A DNA stretch of 64,000 nucleotides from the human T2T-CHM13v2.0 reference genome, Homo sapiens. The position numbers were made by a program, and so were the translations under genes. The DNA is taken from the NCBI RefSeq assembly GCF_009914755.1, contig NC_060939.1; one strand, given 5' to 3'. The notes below the pieces were generated by a model. It was not told the DNA's origin. It did not search any database and was given only the letters and a program-made list of their open reading frames with translations. Of this stretch, positions 14,611 through 28,494 are shown in pieces. How positions within the stretch are numbered: the stretch's first letter is position 1; every line of letters starts with the position of its first letter.

Positions 14611-16051
14611 AAGATTTGTGCTAATTCACTGAAGGCCTGTGTACAGAATGCCAGAGCCAGATCACCATGCAGGGGAGCACTGCATTCAAACCCTTGTCCC
14701 CTTGTCCAGCCATCTCATCCCTGGGAGGTCGGGCTGGCAACCCAGTGTGCCAACGTGCTTGGCTTGGCAAGCAGCAGATCAGTGGGGTGGACTCCGGACA
14801 TCCAGTCAGTCTGGATGCTGATGAGGCTTGAGATTACAGCTGTTTCCCAGCAAGAACTCCTTCCTGGGCCTGGCCTGCTCCCAGCTCCAGCCCCTCTCCC
14901 CCAAAGATAGCTTTAAGAAATGAGGTATGGAGGGTGTAGTGAGCTTTGGAAAGAGAAGGACTGGGAACCCAGGTGGGTGCCAGCCCTCGTTGTAGGAGAG
15001 TCACAGGTGTCATCTATTTAACAAACCCTTCCCTGGGTCTTTCTGTATGCCAGACACTTTTCTAAGAGGTTTGCAAATAGGAGGTCATTCAATCCTCACC
15101 ACAACCCCATGAAGTCGATCTGTTGTTACCCCCACTTTACAGAAGAAGAAGCTGAGGCATGGGAGGTTAAATGTACTTTGCCCAAAGGTTCATGGAGCTG
15201 GGAAGTGGTAGAGCTGGGATTTGAACCCAGGCTGTTCATACTCTCACCTGGACTTTTCCCTTAGGGGGTTAGAAAACCTGGGCAATCCTTCCCACTGTGC
15301 TGCTTTCTAGCAACGTGCTGGGGCCAGGTGCTGAACCACTCTAAGATTCTGTTTTTCCGCTGTGAAACAGGCCCAGTAAACTTCCCCCTGGGGTCATTGA
15401 ATGGCTTCCAGGAGATCAGGCATGTAAAGTGCTTTCAATTATCCAGGGTAGTAGCAAAGAAAGCCTTCAGACCTCCCTGACTAGGGAATCCCAGGCTCTC
15501 CTCCCCACCGACATACATGAACCTGGAAGACAGCAGGGGGCAGCACCGGGCCGCTGCAGAAGGTTCTGCACCTGGAGGCGCTGGCCCTTCCTTCCACAGG
15601 GATCCTGCATCTCAGTACCTGGCAATCTGCTCCTCCTCCATTCAGGCAGAACATTCGAGCTGGCTTTGCCAAAACAAGAACAAAATCACAGCCTGGCAGG
15701 ATGAATTAAGGGGGAAACCAAGGAAGAAAGCTCAGCATAACCGTTGTTAGCTCAGAACCTGCCTTGCACATCTGGGCCTTCTGAAGCTGCTCGTTTCAGT
15801 TGTTAAGATATTTCTGAAGGCACTTCCCGATGCACGAAGGCCCCTCCCACGTCCCACCACCGGACTGTCCTTTGAAAAAGGTTCGAGAACGCGTTGCAGG
15901 TGGTGGTTTACCTTGAGGTCCGTGTGACGAGGAGCGACATAGAAAAGTGACCAGAGGTTGCACCTGAGGAGGAAGATGCCTTTTATACCAAAATACGTGT
16001 GCACAATGTCTTTGGTGTTTGGCGTGGGGTCCTATCAACTCCGTCCTGTTC

Positions 16052-16107
16052 CTTTTTAGCTTATCTTTGTTCAGCTGAAACCCAGATGAGAACAGGACCT
16101 TGAAAAA
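16052..16107 (+). repeat. Copy 1 of a ~55-bp dispersed direct repeat (copy 2 at 22686-22739)
   Basis: 33-nt core CTGAAACCCAG[A/G]TGAGAACAGGACCTTGAAAAA is 32/33 identical between copies. Confidence 0.85.
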
Positions 16108-17337
16108 GCCACAATCCAAACTCTGGAAACCCACACCTTCTCATAGAGGAATTTGATGGAGAGGCTGCCTCAGGGTGTGGTGTCTCCACAGCAGGCCACT
16201 GCTGTTCCCTGTTCAAGCCACCATCCCCAGTCACTGGCCCATCTGGGCCCTGTGGGGCTCCTGTGGACAGCTGAGGCCAGCAGCTTGAGGGACGCCCCTC
16301 CTTTTCTGCAAGAGGGCAGGAGGCCTGGGACCCCAATTGTGCTATGATGTCTGGCTAGTCCTCACTTTCAACTGTACTGTCCCCAAGCATGGGGGTAACA
16401 GCACAGTCTCGATGCAACCCCTTCAGCTTGTTGGTTGTTTCTGTTTTTCCAAGGATGCTGAAGGCTTGGTCCTTTGACCCATTAAGTATTAATAATAATT
16501 CTCATTATTCAGTCTGTAGGGCATGGATCAGTGACGAATACATTGCTTGGGGGATTTATTTAAGGGAAGAAGGGCTATGATTATGGGTGATGGGGGAGGT
16601 GCCGGGAGTCACAGCAGATGAGTCAAGAAGGGTAGGCACAGCACCCATGGCAAGAGAATTGTATCCCTGTGCTCTGTGTCCCGTTCTTTTGGGAAGGCCT
16701 GAGCAGTGAGTTTGTTTGCTGAGCCGTCTCTAGAGTGCCAGTAACTCTGACTGCTGGCTTACCACAGCCTGCAGCCTGGATGGGAGGATATGACTGGCTT
16801 CAGGACTTTGCAGGAATCTCTCTGGTCTAGTGTGGGTGCCGCTTCTGACTCGGACAACTGTTCTCCATGCCCTCTACTTCCTGCTGCTTTCTCAGATCCT
16901 CTTCCTGCTGCTCTGCTCCCTAACCACAACCCCACTAAATAGAGCCCCCTAATTCTAGCCCATTCCGAAAGATCTTTTCCAGTAACATCCCCTGCCCCCA
17001 ACTTTGTGTGCTTGGTTATCTTAAAGTTATGACAAACCAGAGATAATGTGCTGATCATGTGAACGTCACTCCTCTCCAAAGTGACACATTTTCATTTTCT
17101 AAAATGCAGCTTATTAACAGAAATAAGATTCTACAGTTTCTGGTTGGCCATGGAGTGACTATTTGGAAACAGTGGAACTTCCAGATTTCTTCGCATCCAA
17201 GTAGGATTTTGCTGAGGGTGGACTCAGCCCTGTTTCTGTGATATAAAACATTTTCTTCATTCTTTCCTTCATCAGACATCTCCTATAAGCCCCGTTCAAA
17301 TGACTGCTTCAGGGTTCTGGGTTCCCGTGTGTAAATG

Positions 17338-17753
17338 TGTGTTAGTTCATTCTTGCCTTGCTATAAAGAAATACCTGAGGCTGGGTAATTTACAAAGAAA
17401 GGAGATTCGAGTGGCTCGGGGTTTTGCAGACAGTACCGGAAGCATGGTGTTGGCATCTGCTCCTGGTGAAGGTCTCCAGAAGCTTCCAATCATGGCAGGA
17501 GGCAAAGGGGGAGCAGGCACATTACGTGGCGAGAGCCAGAGCAAGAGGGAGAAGGGGAGGTCCCAGATTCCTTTAAACAATCAGATCTTGTGTGAACTGA
17601 GTGAGAGCACACCCATCACCAAGGGGGCGGTGCTGAGCCATTCATAAGGGGTCTGCCCCCATGATCTAATACCTCCCACTAGGCCCCACCTCCAATATTA
17701 TGGATTACACTTCAACATGAGATTTGGAGGGGACAAACATGCAAACTATATTA
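17338..17753 (-). mobile_element. MSTB-like MaLR solo LTR
   Basis: TGTGTTAGTTCATTCTTGCCTTGCTATAAAGAAATACCTGAGGCTGGGTAATTTA...GAGATTTGGAGGGGACAAACATGCAAACTATAT. Confidence 0.85.
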
Positions 17754-19099
17754 CGCGGCTTCCTTTGCCCGGTATTTAAAAACCATTTGCCTTCCTCTGT
17801 GTAGTTTAAGTTGTTTTTCCCCACCTCAAGTCAATGAATGAGTTCGGAGGAGGGAAAGCTTCAAGTCAGCGAGGCTAGGATTTTTACTGGTTGGTTCAAT
17901 GCTGAATCCCCAACCCTGAGAATAGTACTTGGCACATAGAAGGAGCTCAGTAAAACTTGACTGAATGGATGAATATGTGATTGGTTCCACAATGACATCA
18001 CCGAGAGAATTTAGGGTGAGTTGGTCTACGCCTATGAACAGACTAGGCTGGAGAGCTACCCTCCACTGGGCTTAGGTTCCCAGCAAGTGACATTCATCTC
18101 TCACCCTGCTCTCCAGGTGCCCGTGTGGCCTGTTAGCACCCAACCTTGGAGCTGCCTGGCCTGGAATTACCCATGCACTGACTGTCCTCATCAGATGGCC
18201 AGCTTCTAAAGGGAAGGGCCACTTTCTGGACTCTTATTTTTGCCTCCAGGGCCTGGAGAACTGTCAGTGCTCAAGAAATGTCTACCAAATTGAAATTTAA
18301 ATAGATACAGCCTGTGGGTTTGAATTTGGGATCAGTACTTTTCCCAGAATGTCCTAAAATTTCTGTGTAAAATACCAGGTATTGTATCGATCAGATACTT
18401 AAGCACTGCCCAGAGCCTGCCATTTTCTCAAGTGCTACAGAATCACTTAATTCCTGAACAGCTGTTACAAGCAGCCACAACAACAGTGGAAACAGATAAT
18501 GACTTCAAAACGTGGACAGAAATTGAAGAATTGAAATTAATAAATGTGTAATTAAATGTTAGATATTTACCATCGTGTGAACTTTGTTATTTGCTGAATT
18601 TCGGAGTCTTGAACGTTTTATTATATTTGAAAATAATTTGTGGCATAGATTATCCTCACTTCACAAAAAATTCTTGAGTTTGCACAGTGGGTGTCAAGGG
18701 ATCTTAGCCAACCATAAATTAAATAAGTTACATAAAAGTAAGTAAATGTAAAAGCAAAATTATAAAAGCCTTTTCAAAAGTGTGGATGGCAGAAAAAATA
18801 TTTAATGATAGATGCGGATGTATTTTAATATGTTTGATGTGGGGTGAAGTCCTCTAAAAGTAAGGGACACAAATTTCAAAGCAACCTACCTGAAATACTA
18901 TAGAATTGTAGCATAATATACAGTGCTTTCATAGAGTTTCCAAAAATTAGAAATTCAGCCTTTCCCCTCTAGGATTTTTAGATGAATTCCTAATGTCATC
19001 TCATCTCATCAATGTAAAATAATCTCCTTGACCTTTGGTGATTTTGCTCATCGAATAGCTTCTGTTTTGTAATCTATTTTTTTCTTCATCTTCCTTCAG

Positions 19100-19198
19100 G
19101 AATCCTGTTCACGATGCTGGTATTTGGACCAGCCTGCGGGTTTATCCTGGGCTCTTTCTGTACCAAAATCTACGTGGATGCGGTCTTCATTGACACAA
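19100..19198 (+). CDS. SLCO3A1: SLCO3A1 coding exon (exon 3), 99 nt, phase 1-1: (G)ILFTMLVFGPACGFILGSFCTKIYVDAVFIDT(S)
   Basis: Polypyrimidine tract then ttccttcag|GA acceptor; ACAA|gtaagg donor. OATP transmembrane motif GPxxGFxLG. Absent from the ORF track; translated manually. Confidence 0.96.
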
Positions 19199-19824
19199 GT
19201 AAGGAATATATCTCCATGTCTACCTTCCATCCGCAAGCGTTTCCTCCCTCATAAATGCGGCTTCAGCCTGTGGGTTCTAAAACCTTCTTGCTAAGAGACA
19301 GTCTTGATGCCCCTGCCTCTGTAGCTGGGGCTCACCCGAGATTAGATGAAAGAACGTGAGTGTTGGTTCAGAGGGCCTGACTCAAGTCTGGGTTCTGCCA
19401 ACATCTACCTAGAGGCTGAATAACCCCCAATAGCTGATTTTACTCCTCAAATCTGTATTTTCCTTATCTGTAAATAAAGGGTAACAATAATTACATCGGC
19501 CTGGCAGATAAGAATTTAATGAGAGTGTCTGTGTAGAAATGCTTGGCATATCCTCATTGAGTGGGGGCCCATTAACCTATATGAGGATCCTACTTTCCAA
19601 ACTAAAAGTTGGAGCATGTGTTCTGGAGGTGCAAGTGTACGAACGGGGTCAATGAGACAGAATATTGGAACATCCTTTTAGAAGACACTGTTGTGGTGGC
19701 CTTTGTGAGGAAATATCCACATTCAAAACCATTTTAAGCAGAACCTGTGTTCTTAGCAGGAAGTGCAAGTGCATTTCTCAGAATACCCTGAGTTCCCCAA
19801 TCCATGATTGTGGGATTGAATGGG

Positions 19825-20170
19825 ATGCTAGATCGATGGGCTAGACTATTCTGTGGTGACAGACAGTCCCAAAACCTCAGTGATTTTATACAACTAAGGT
19901 TTATTTCTTGGTCACACTACATATGCAGTGTAGGTCAGCAGTGTCAGGGTCAGGGAGACTTGGCTCATCGTGGTGACCTGTAGATCTACTCTCAGGATCG
20001 ATAAGCATTCTCAGCCCCCCAGGCCCAGGCCCACAGAAGTTCCATCCTGACCCCAGCTTGCACAGTTACCAAGACAGGAAACCAGTTTTACTCTGGCCCT
20101 TGAAACCTCTACTCAGAAATGACATACAGTGTTTCCCCTCATATTTCATTAACCAAAGCAAGTCACGTGG
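19825..20170 (-). mobile_element. Old MLT1 (J/K-like) LTR fragment
   Basis: CCCAAAACCTCAGTGATTTTATACAACTAAGGTTTATTTCTTGGTCACACTACAT motif. Confidence 0.55.
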
Positions 20171-20682
20171 TGTATTGGTTTCCTGTTGCTGCATAAGAAA
20201 TAACCCCAAACCTAATGACCTAAAACAGCAGACATTTCTTATCATACTGTTTTTCGTATTTTTTTCTGTGGGTCTGGAATACAGGAGCAGCTTCACTGGG
20301 CAGTTCTAGCTCAGGGTCTCTTATGAGGCTGCAGTCAAGGTGTTGCAAGGTGGCAACCTGGTCTTGGATCATCCCAAGGCTCAGCTTGGGGAGGATCCAC
20401 TTCCAAGCTCACTGCCATGGGCCCACCGGAGGGGACTACCTCACCGTGACACCCCTGAAGCAAACAACCCAAGAGAAGGTGAGAGAGAGCACCTGAGGCA
20501 GGAGTCACAGTCTTTTTATAACCTAATCTCAGAAGTGACATCTCATTACTTCTGCTGTATTTCGTTTGTTAGAAGCTAGTCACTTGTTCAGGTTTACTAT
20601 GGAAAGAGAAGGGATTATTACACAAGGACCAGAATACCAGGCAGCAGGGACTTTAGGGGACCGTCTGGGTCATTGCCTACCA
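20171..20682 (-). mobile_element. MLT1 (F/G-like) LTR, apparently inserted into the preceding MLT1
   Basis: TGTATTGGTTTCCTGTTGCTGCATAAGAAATAACCCCAAAC...TTCTAGCTCAGGGTCTCTTATGAGGCTGCAGTCAAGGTG. Confidence 0.7.
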
Positions 20683-22685
20683 TGTGCTGTCACATCTCTA
20701 CCTTGTGTCTGAAAAGGAACACTATATTTCCATGTAGTTTAGCATGCAGCAAAGCCATATTTCCTTTCTCTCTGAAAACAGAGGGTGAGAAGCCATTCCA
20801 GCCTCTGCTTCTCATGCCGATCTATCCTCAGGATCAGTAAGAATTCTCAGTCCCCAGGTTCTCAATCCATCATCTCTTGACAATGCTAAATTTACTAATT
20901 CACCCCAAAGAAATAATGTGGTTTTAAATCCAAGTCGCTTTGTGATTCACTCCATTAATCCTACTGATATATTTACTTGTAGCTAATGATGTTACAAATT
21001 TCCAAGTGGAAAAAAAAAATCAGAGGCAGCCCTATTTATTTATACTTTTAAAGTGCTGAGTCTGTTCCGAAGGTGATTGAGTGCTGGTGTTTTGCAGCCG
21101 TCGGCTGGCCCTTTGAACCCGTTTCCTAGGGAGTGTGGTAACAGGTAGGCTGGGAAGACACAGGACACATGAAGTGAGTCAGTTTCCATCTTGCTCGTAT
21201 AGACAGGCCAGCTTCCACCACTGCACCCAAGGCAGCACAAGACAGGGCCAGCAGAGGGGATAGAGAGGAGGCCTACTCCTGATGCAATGGGGAAGCCACC
21301 TTGAAGGGTAGCAAAGTGGCCAGATAGCATATTTTGCCCTCAGTGCTATCAGTGGTGGCCTTGAACCAAAAGCCTGCGAATGACCAGAATATCTGAGCTG
21401 GAAAGAGCCTCAGACATCATTCCTTTCCAACTCTTTCATTTTACAAATGAGGAAACCGAGTCACAGAGAGGGGAAGGGATGTCCCCAATCCAAGGAATGT
21501 ATCTCTATAAAACCCCGATCTCCTGAGCCTGCCTGTGGAGATTTCACTCACCAAACTCTCTTAGGAGAATGAAACGGCACCTTTTCTCAGTGCCTGAAAT
21601 GACCAGCGGGTAGACAGATGGCTGGAGGGGGCTTAGCCCATCCACTCCCAGTTCCCTCCATTTGCTGAGACTGTTCCTTCAGCCTGGAATGCTCTTCCCA
21701 TCTTACTGTGTTCGGCATCTCTGTTTGCCCGTTAAGGCCCAGGGTGGAGCGGTGTGATCCATGGTTCCAGGCTCATTGGCTACTTGGTGCCTGCATGGAT
21801 GTAAGGCAGGTGGGCTCCTTTCAGTCCCGTGTGGGCATCTCGCTGATGACAGGCTTCCCCACCAAGTTGATAGCGGACTTCCCTTTCTGTTTCCAAAGAA
21901 TGCAAGGTGCATTGTCAGTCACGGTCTTTGTTTGCGTCCTTCCCGGAGGCACCGTGAGGCACCGTGTGGCACAGCTCTTTACCGGTAGAGGGCAGAAGAA
22001 TATCATTTATCCTATTTAGGGAGTCAGCCATAGAATTCTATAGTTGCCAGCAGTTTTTATTGTTTCTAGTCTTGTGAAACTTGCCGCCTGCAGGTGGATT
22101 TGGGCTGTATTTGAGGAGGGGATTCTTAATTGCTTTAGGGCCTCCCCTATCTTTTCCTTGCTTTCCTAAAACAGTGCTCTTCTGTAGGGCTGTCCAATGT
22201 ATGGGAACATTACTGTAGGCATTAATAGGCAAGGGCCACAAACGTGGACACATGTTTCTGAAGTCCCCACTGAGATTGGGGTCCAGGAAAAGCAGCAGCC
22301 TAAAATTTGTGGGGAAGGAGCAAGGCAGGTCCACAGAGGGCCCTCGTTATGGGGTAGATGGAGGAGAGAAGGCGGCGTCCACCACATAGCCTGGTGCCAG
22401 CATTGAGAGGAGAATCCATTGAGGAAGCCTGGTTGAAACTTGTGAGTAGATGCAGCTGGGGTGCCAAGGAGGGCTGGTTGTAGACATGGGCCAGTTCTGG
22501 GGTGACAGCCCCCACGGGGCACCTTGCCTGGAGGTCCCAGCTGGCTCCACTTGGACATGGGCTGCTTCCGCTGCTGCCTTTCATCCATGTTTGATCGCTA
22601 CGTGGTTCCCTTTGCTCCTCAGCTCAGGGAGAATAAATCCCTCCCCTGAGAGCTGGGGGAGGAAATGATGGTGCCTCCAGAATTT

Positions 22686-22739
22686 CTTTTTTAGGTTCTT
22701 TGTTAACTGAAACCCAGGTGAGAACAGGACCTTGAAAAA
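22686..22739 (+). repeat. Copy 2 of the ~55-bp dispersed direct repeat; contains AG...CAG|GTGAGA splice-like signals
   Basis: See copy 1 at 16052-16107. Confidence 0.85.
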
Positions 22740-23997
22740 ACGGACTTAGTAGCAGAGTACATATCTAATCACTGCCTTGGCCAACCTTAACTATGTGGGT
22801 TTATTACAAAAAGATTAGTAGTAACAGCAGCCATGAATTGGTCACTTCTTAAAGCTATACATAGATTGCCTCATTGGAGCCTCAGCACATTCTCATGGGA
22901 GTGTAGATCCTATTGTTAGGTGAGGCATTATCATGCAGTGGTTAAGAATTCAAGCACTGGAATCAGACTCCATTTGAATCCTGACTACACCCCCTTATGA
23001 GTTCTGTGATCCTGGGGACATCGCACACACATCCTGAGTCTGTGTGTGGATGGCATGAGTTACTCATGCAAAGCATTTAGCACAGTGCCTGGCATATAGT
23101 AAGCACACAATAAATACTTATAATAAGAAATCCGAGAGAGGTTAACAGTTTCCACAGCTAGGGATAGAGCAGGGATTCATCCCCAGGCCTGTCTGACCTC
23201 AAAGCCCCACTCTTAACAGAACAGCTGGCTTCCCTGAAACATCTCCAGGAATTTAGCCAGAAGGCGGCTCCCTTCCATGGACAAAGGCCTTGCTGAGATG
23301 GCCTAGCCTCACCAGCACATCCATGCAGACTTGTCCTGAGGCACACACCAGCCGGCCTCGCAGAAGGCTGCATGGCGTTTGCAGCTGGAACAAGATGTGG
23401 CCATCTGTTTGCTTCACAAAAAAGGTCAACAGACTGAGAGCCTCCTGCTCTGCCATCCTGAGGGCTGGCTGCTACTGCTAGATTCCTTCATTTTGGGCTA
23501 ATTAGCCCAATGGCTGCGATTCTAGATGTTCAATGCCACCCTCCAGCCTTAGTCCCTTCCTGTCTCCAGTTTCTAATTAGGTTTGTAACTTAATGATACT
23601 CTTGGAATTCTTGAGTCCCATAGCAAAAGTTTGGCAACATAGGTTAAACAAATGGGTAAATGAACTACAAAAAAAAAAAGTCCATATGGCACAGGAAAAA
23701 GAAGTAAATGTCCCCAACTTGCTTTGATCTCCTCTTCTCACAATCTCAAGTATCCTCATGAGCGTGTGGGTGGGTTGGTTGGTTAGTTTTAAACTGGTTT
23801 AACTGTATTTCCAGTGACTTTTCATTTGATCTTGGAAATGGGTGGAAATCTCCATGAGCCTCCTAGTTCAGTTAACCTTTGACAGAGAGAGCAAACAGCT
23901 GTCAACAGCTCTCAATTCACCCAACACAAGCAACAAATAAGAACAACCCAGAAGTCAGATACAAAGAGTGGAAGGGTTAGAAAAATTGATCTTGTAA

Positions 23998-24310
<313 letters not shown>

Positions 24311-24939
24311 GGAAAATGGATCTAGAAAAGGAGAAACACCTTCTATGCCTGTTGACACCTATGTCAAGACAAGTCCAAGCTGTGCCTGGCTTCATGATAT
24401 TTCATGGTACACCCAGTGTATGGCTCTTTGCTCTACTCTGCAACCCTTTTCTCCTGTCCCCTTTACCAGACTTCCCTCCGAATGAAATGGCATCTGTTCT
24501 CATCATCTGGAATGACCACGGGGTAGATTAGTGGCTTGATGAGGGAGTTGAGCCTATTTACTTAGAGTCCCCAGAATGTGCCACACCTTGACTCAGCCTG
24601 TTCCCTCAGCCTGGGATACTGTCTCTACCTCATTTTATTCAACATCTTTCTTCATCCATGTGTCTAGTTTTGTTGGCAATTGAATGCATCTAAGTAAATG
24701 AGACAGATTGGTGCTTTCAGTTTTGTTCTGGGCATCTTACTGAAAGCAGCCCTTGCCAGAAGGCTGAAACTGCAGCCATTTTTTTTAAAGTTAAGACACT
24801 AACTAGAACCAAATAGAGAAGTAAAGAGGTTTTCAAGCCTTCCTCCCTACTTTTATCTAAAACAATACTTTTGCTATGCCAAGCCTGCCTGAGACTGCTG
24901 TTCTTATAGAACGTGGATTTCTATTTCCTAAACCTTTTG

Positions 24940-25290
24940 TACTAGTCAGGGTAGGCTAGGTTATGTTGCGGTAACAAACAGCTCCCAACTCTCAGCAGCT
25001 TAGAATACTAAAGGGTTCTTTCTTCTTTGTGCTACATCCAGTGTAGGTCAACAGGGACATTTCATTTATTGTAGCCTGTCAGATACCATCTTAGGAGGAA
25101 AGAGGGGGTGGAGTCATGTACCAGCTCATACACACTTCCACACAGAAGTGATATATTTCCCCTTGCTCACATTTCACAGGCAGAGCTCTGTGGCTTGTAG
25201 TTACACCTAACTTCACAGAGTGAGGAGGTGTCATCCTCCTTGTCCTCAGAGGAAGAGGATCCAATGCAGACACTGATAACATCTACCACA
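24940..25290 (-). mobile_element. Old MLT1 (J/K-like) LTR
   Basis: TAGTCAGGGTAGGCTAGGTTATGTTGCGGTAACAAACAGCTCCCAACTCTCAG. Confidence 0.6.
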
Positions 25291-25408
25291 CCGTCCTCTT
25301 CCAGCCACACAGAGAACTCTCCCTCAATATCCCTAGTTCTGAAACAGTGTCTGTAGAGCATTGACGGACAATTACCAACAGGTGGAGGGAGATTTTTCAC
25401 CAAAACTA

Positions 25409-25873
<465 letters not shown>

Positions 25874-27732
25874 TCAGCATGTTATTTCTCTCTGCCACAG
25901 TGCTCCGGATAATTGAAATGGAGAAAAAAATCAATACTTCCCAAAATAGTCAGTGATGAGTGTCTTGGATCTACAGAATCCTGCTGTCCACCACCTTCAC
26001 GCAGGCCCCGTCTCCTGTACTTGCCCGGGTGGCAGGCGGGCTTTGGTTCTGACACAGGTGACGTGCCCTTCCCCATCTTTCAAACTGTGAGCCAGCGTCA
26101 GCTTTCCCCAGACATACACATACCTACAGGAAGCAAGTTGACACGTTCACACAAACCACCACCTCCCCCATCGCCATCCCTCTCCCTGGGTTGTTTTCTC
26201 ACACTTAGAACAACAGAGTCACTAACTTCCTAACTAAAATATGACTTTTCTAATTTTGTTCCCCCAAACAACTGCTAGGATTTCTCTCTCTTTACCCGCT
26301 CACATCTGCCAGCTTTTCAATTCCCCCTTTATGGAGCCTGGAGACAATGGAGGAAAATACTTCAGCTCCCTTTTGCTGTCTTTTGTTTTCATTCATTGCT
26401 TGGCAGCAGGTGAAGAAACACAGTAAGTGACTAGTGAAAATATTCCTGTTCAGCTACCAGAGGCAATTTCACTTCCTTGTGTCTTCCCTCATTTGCATAA
26501 AGATGCTTTCAAGATCACCTTGTGTTTTCCCATGCTGTACCCTTTTTTAAAAAGATCCCTATTTTGAGATTCTCATTTATATACATATATGTACATAAAA
26601 GTGAGAATAACAAGATCTCTCTCTATACAAAGAGCCTACTGTGCATCAGGTGATTCTTGCTCATTGCCTGTCATCCTTGCAACCACTCTAGGTTGAAGCT
26701 GTCTTTATTTTGCAAATGATGCAGCTAAGACTCAAGGAGGGTAAGTAATCTGCCCAGTGTCACATGCTAGTAAGTGGCAGAGCTGGGATTCGGCCCCAAG
26801 TACTCCAGGCTTACACTGTCCCCTCTCCAGCATGTAGCTATGCAGAAACATCTGGTCCATTGTAGTGCTATTGTTGCGCTGGGTGTATGTCAGCATCTCC
26901 AGGACAGTGACTACCAGTGTTCCAAAGGCCACTTGCTACCTACTGGAAGAGCTGGTGGCCTTAGGCTCATGGCACAAAGAGCAGGAATTGATCATTCACC
27001 TCGGGCCCTACAGAGAGCCCAAAAACAGACATTGAAGAGGGGCAGTGGAACAGAAAGGTGAGAGCGTGGACCTTGGCATGTGTATACCTGTGTTCCGTTC
27101 TTCAGCCCCATGAACCTGGGCAACGAACCTAACCTTTCTAAGCCTCAGTTACTCCATCTATAGAAAACAGATAATAAAAGTCCTGCCTTGTAGAGTTATG
27201 GGGAAGGTTGGCTGGAACAGTTAAGAATGTGCTCTGCATAATGCCTGGTGCAGAGGAAGCCCTCAATAAACGATGGCTGGCCTTATCATTAATGCTAGCT
27301 GAGGAGTCTTCAGGGAGAACATTTTATGAGTGCTGAAGTGTTCATCTGGTGTGTGCGGTCATTACTCTTCCCAGAGCTGTCCATCCATCTGGTCCAGGCC
27401 TGCAGCCCTGTTGGTCTTACCTCATACACCATTGCCCAGATCTCCCCAGTTCTCCTTCCATGTTCCAGGGGCATGGTTTATTATCAAAGAGACATTTCTA
27501 AGCAGCTCACCTGGGAGCTGTGCTGTACAAGGCAGGTGTAAAGAGAGAGAAAGAAAAAAACTGTACCAAAGGGTAAGCTGAAGTTTATGTTCTTGTGACT
27601 TAGCTGGCACAATAAAAGAAATAGTGGTACAGTGCCACCAAACCATATGCATAGCCCCTTTAAGCACATGAGTTGACTGCAAAGCTTTGTATTAGAGAGC
27701 TGGTGCCAAACCACAGGCCACCAACAAAGTTG

Positions 27733-27758
27733 GCATTAATTAATTAATTAATTAATGC
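27733..27758. repeat. Perfect 26-bp palindrome GCATTAATTAATTAATTAATTAATGC ((TAAT)n microsatellite)
   Basis: Sequence equals its own reverse complement. Confidence 0.85.
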
Positions 27759-28494
27759 ATGGAAACAAAGGCCCCTCACCATAAATAACAGGCTACCATC
27801 ATCTGGGTGCCCAAGCATGCGCCAGGCACTCTTCTGAGCATTTTATGTCTGGTGTGGTCATTTGATCTTCCCACTAAGTACTGCCATCATCCTAGATGTT
27901 ATACAGATCAGTAAACTGAGGCATAGAGAGTTCAAACCACTGGCCTAGGGTCACACAGAGACAAAGGGGTAGGACTTCAACCCAGGCAGCCTGGCTTCAG
28001 AGGCCCTGCTCTAAAACCCTATTGTGCGCCTCCCCTTATGAGCTGTGAACCTAAATTGAGGCAGTGAGTGGGGCATTGAGTGGGATCTCGTGTGAGCTGC
28101 TTTTTGGAAGCCAAGAGTGAATATACCCGGTGAAAATCTACCTCTGAACAGTAAACATTTCCTTGTGCTTCTTTCAGCACACCTTAGCAGTGCTGCCAAG
28201 CCAGTTTTAGCCTAAATTCAGAGAACGTCTGGCTTCTCACTGTTTTTGTTTAGACCGATATAAACACAGGGTAGACAAGAAAATTAAGGAGGGAATGTGA
28301 TCAGCCTCCGGCTTTGAGAGAAACAGAACCGCTGGTGTGGAACAATAGGCTTCGTAGCCTGGCAGCCAGTGTTCCCGACCGCAAGTCATTTCTAGAGCCC
28401 TTGCCCTCTCTGTTCAGCGGATTCAGATTCTCAGCAAAATCCCCAGTGGTCCAGCCTTCTTTTCTCCACTAAGCTGTGCTCTTTCCATTTACAG

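Noticed and set aside
18330-18960. AT-rich stretch upstream of exon 3, possibly an old DNA transposon
   Set aside because: I could not assign a family or termini from sequence alone.
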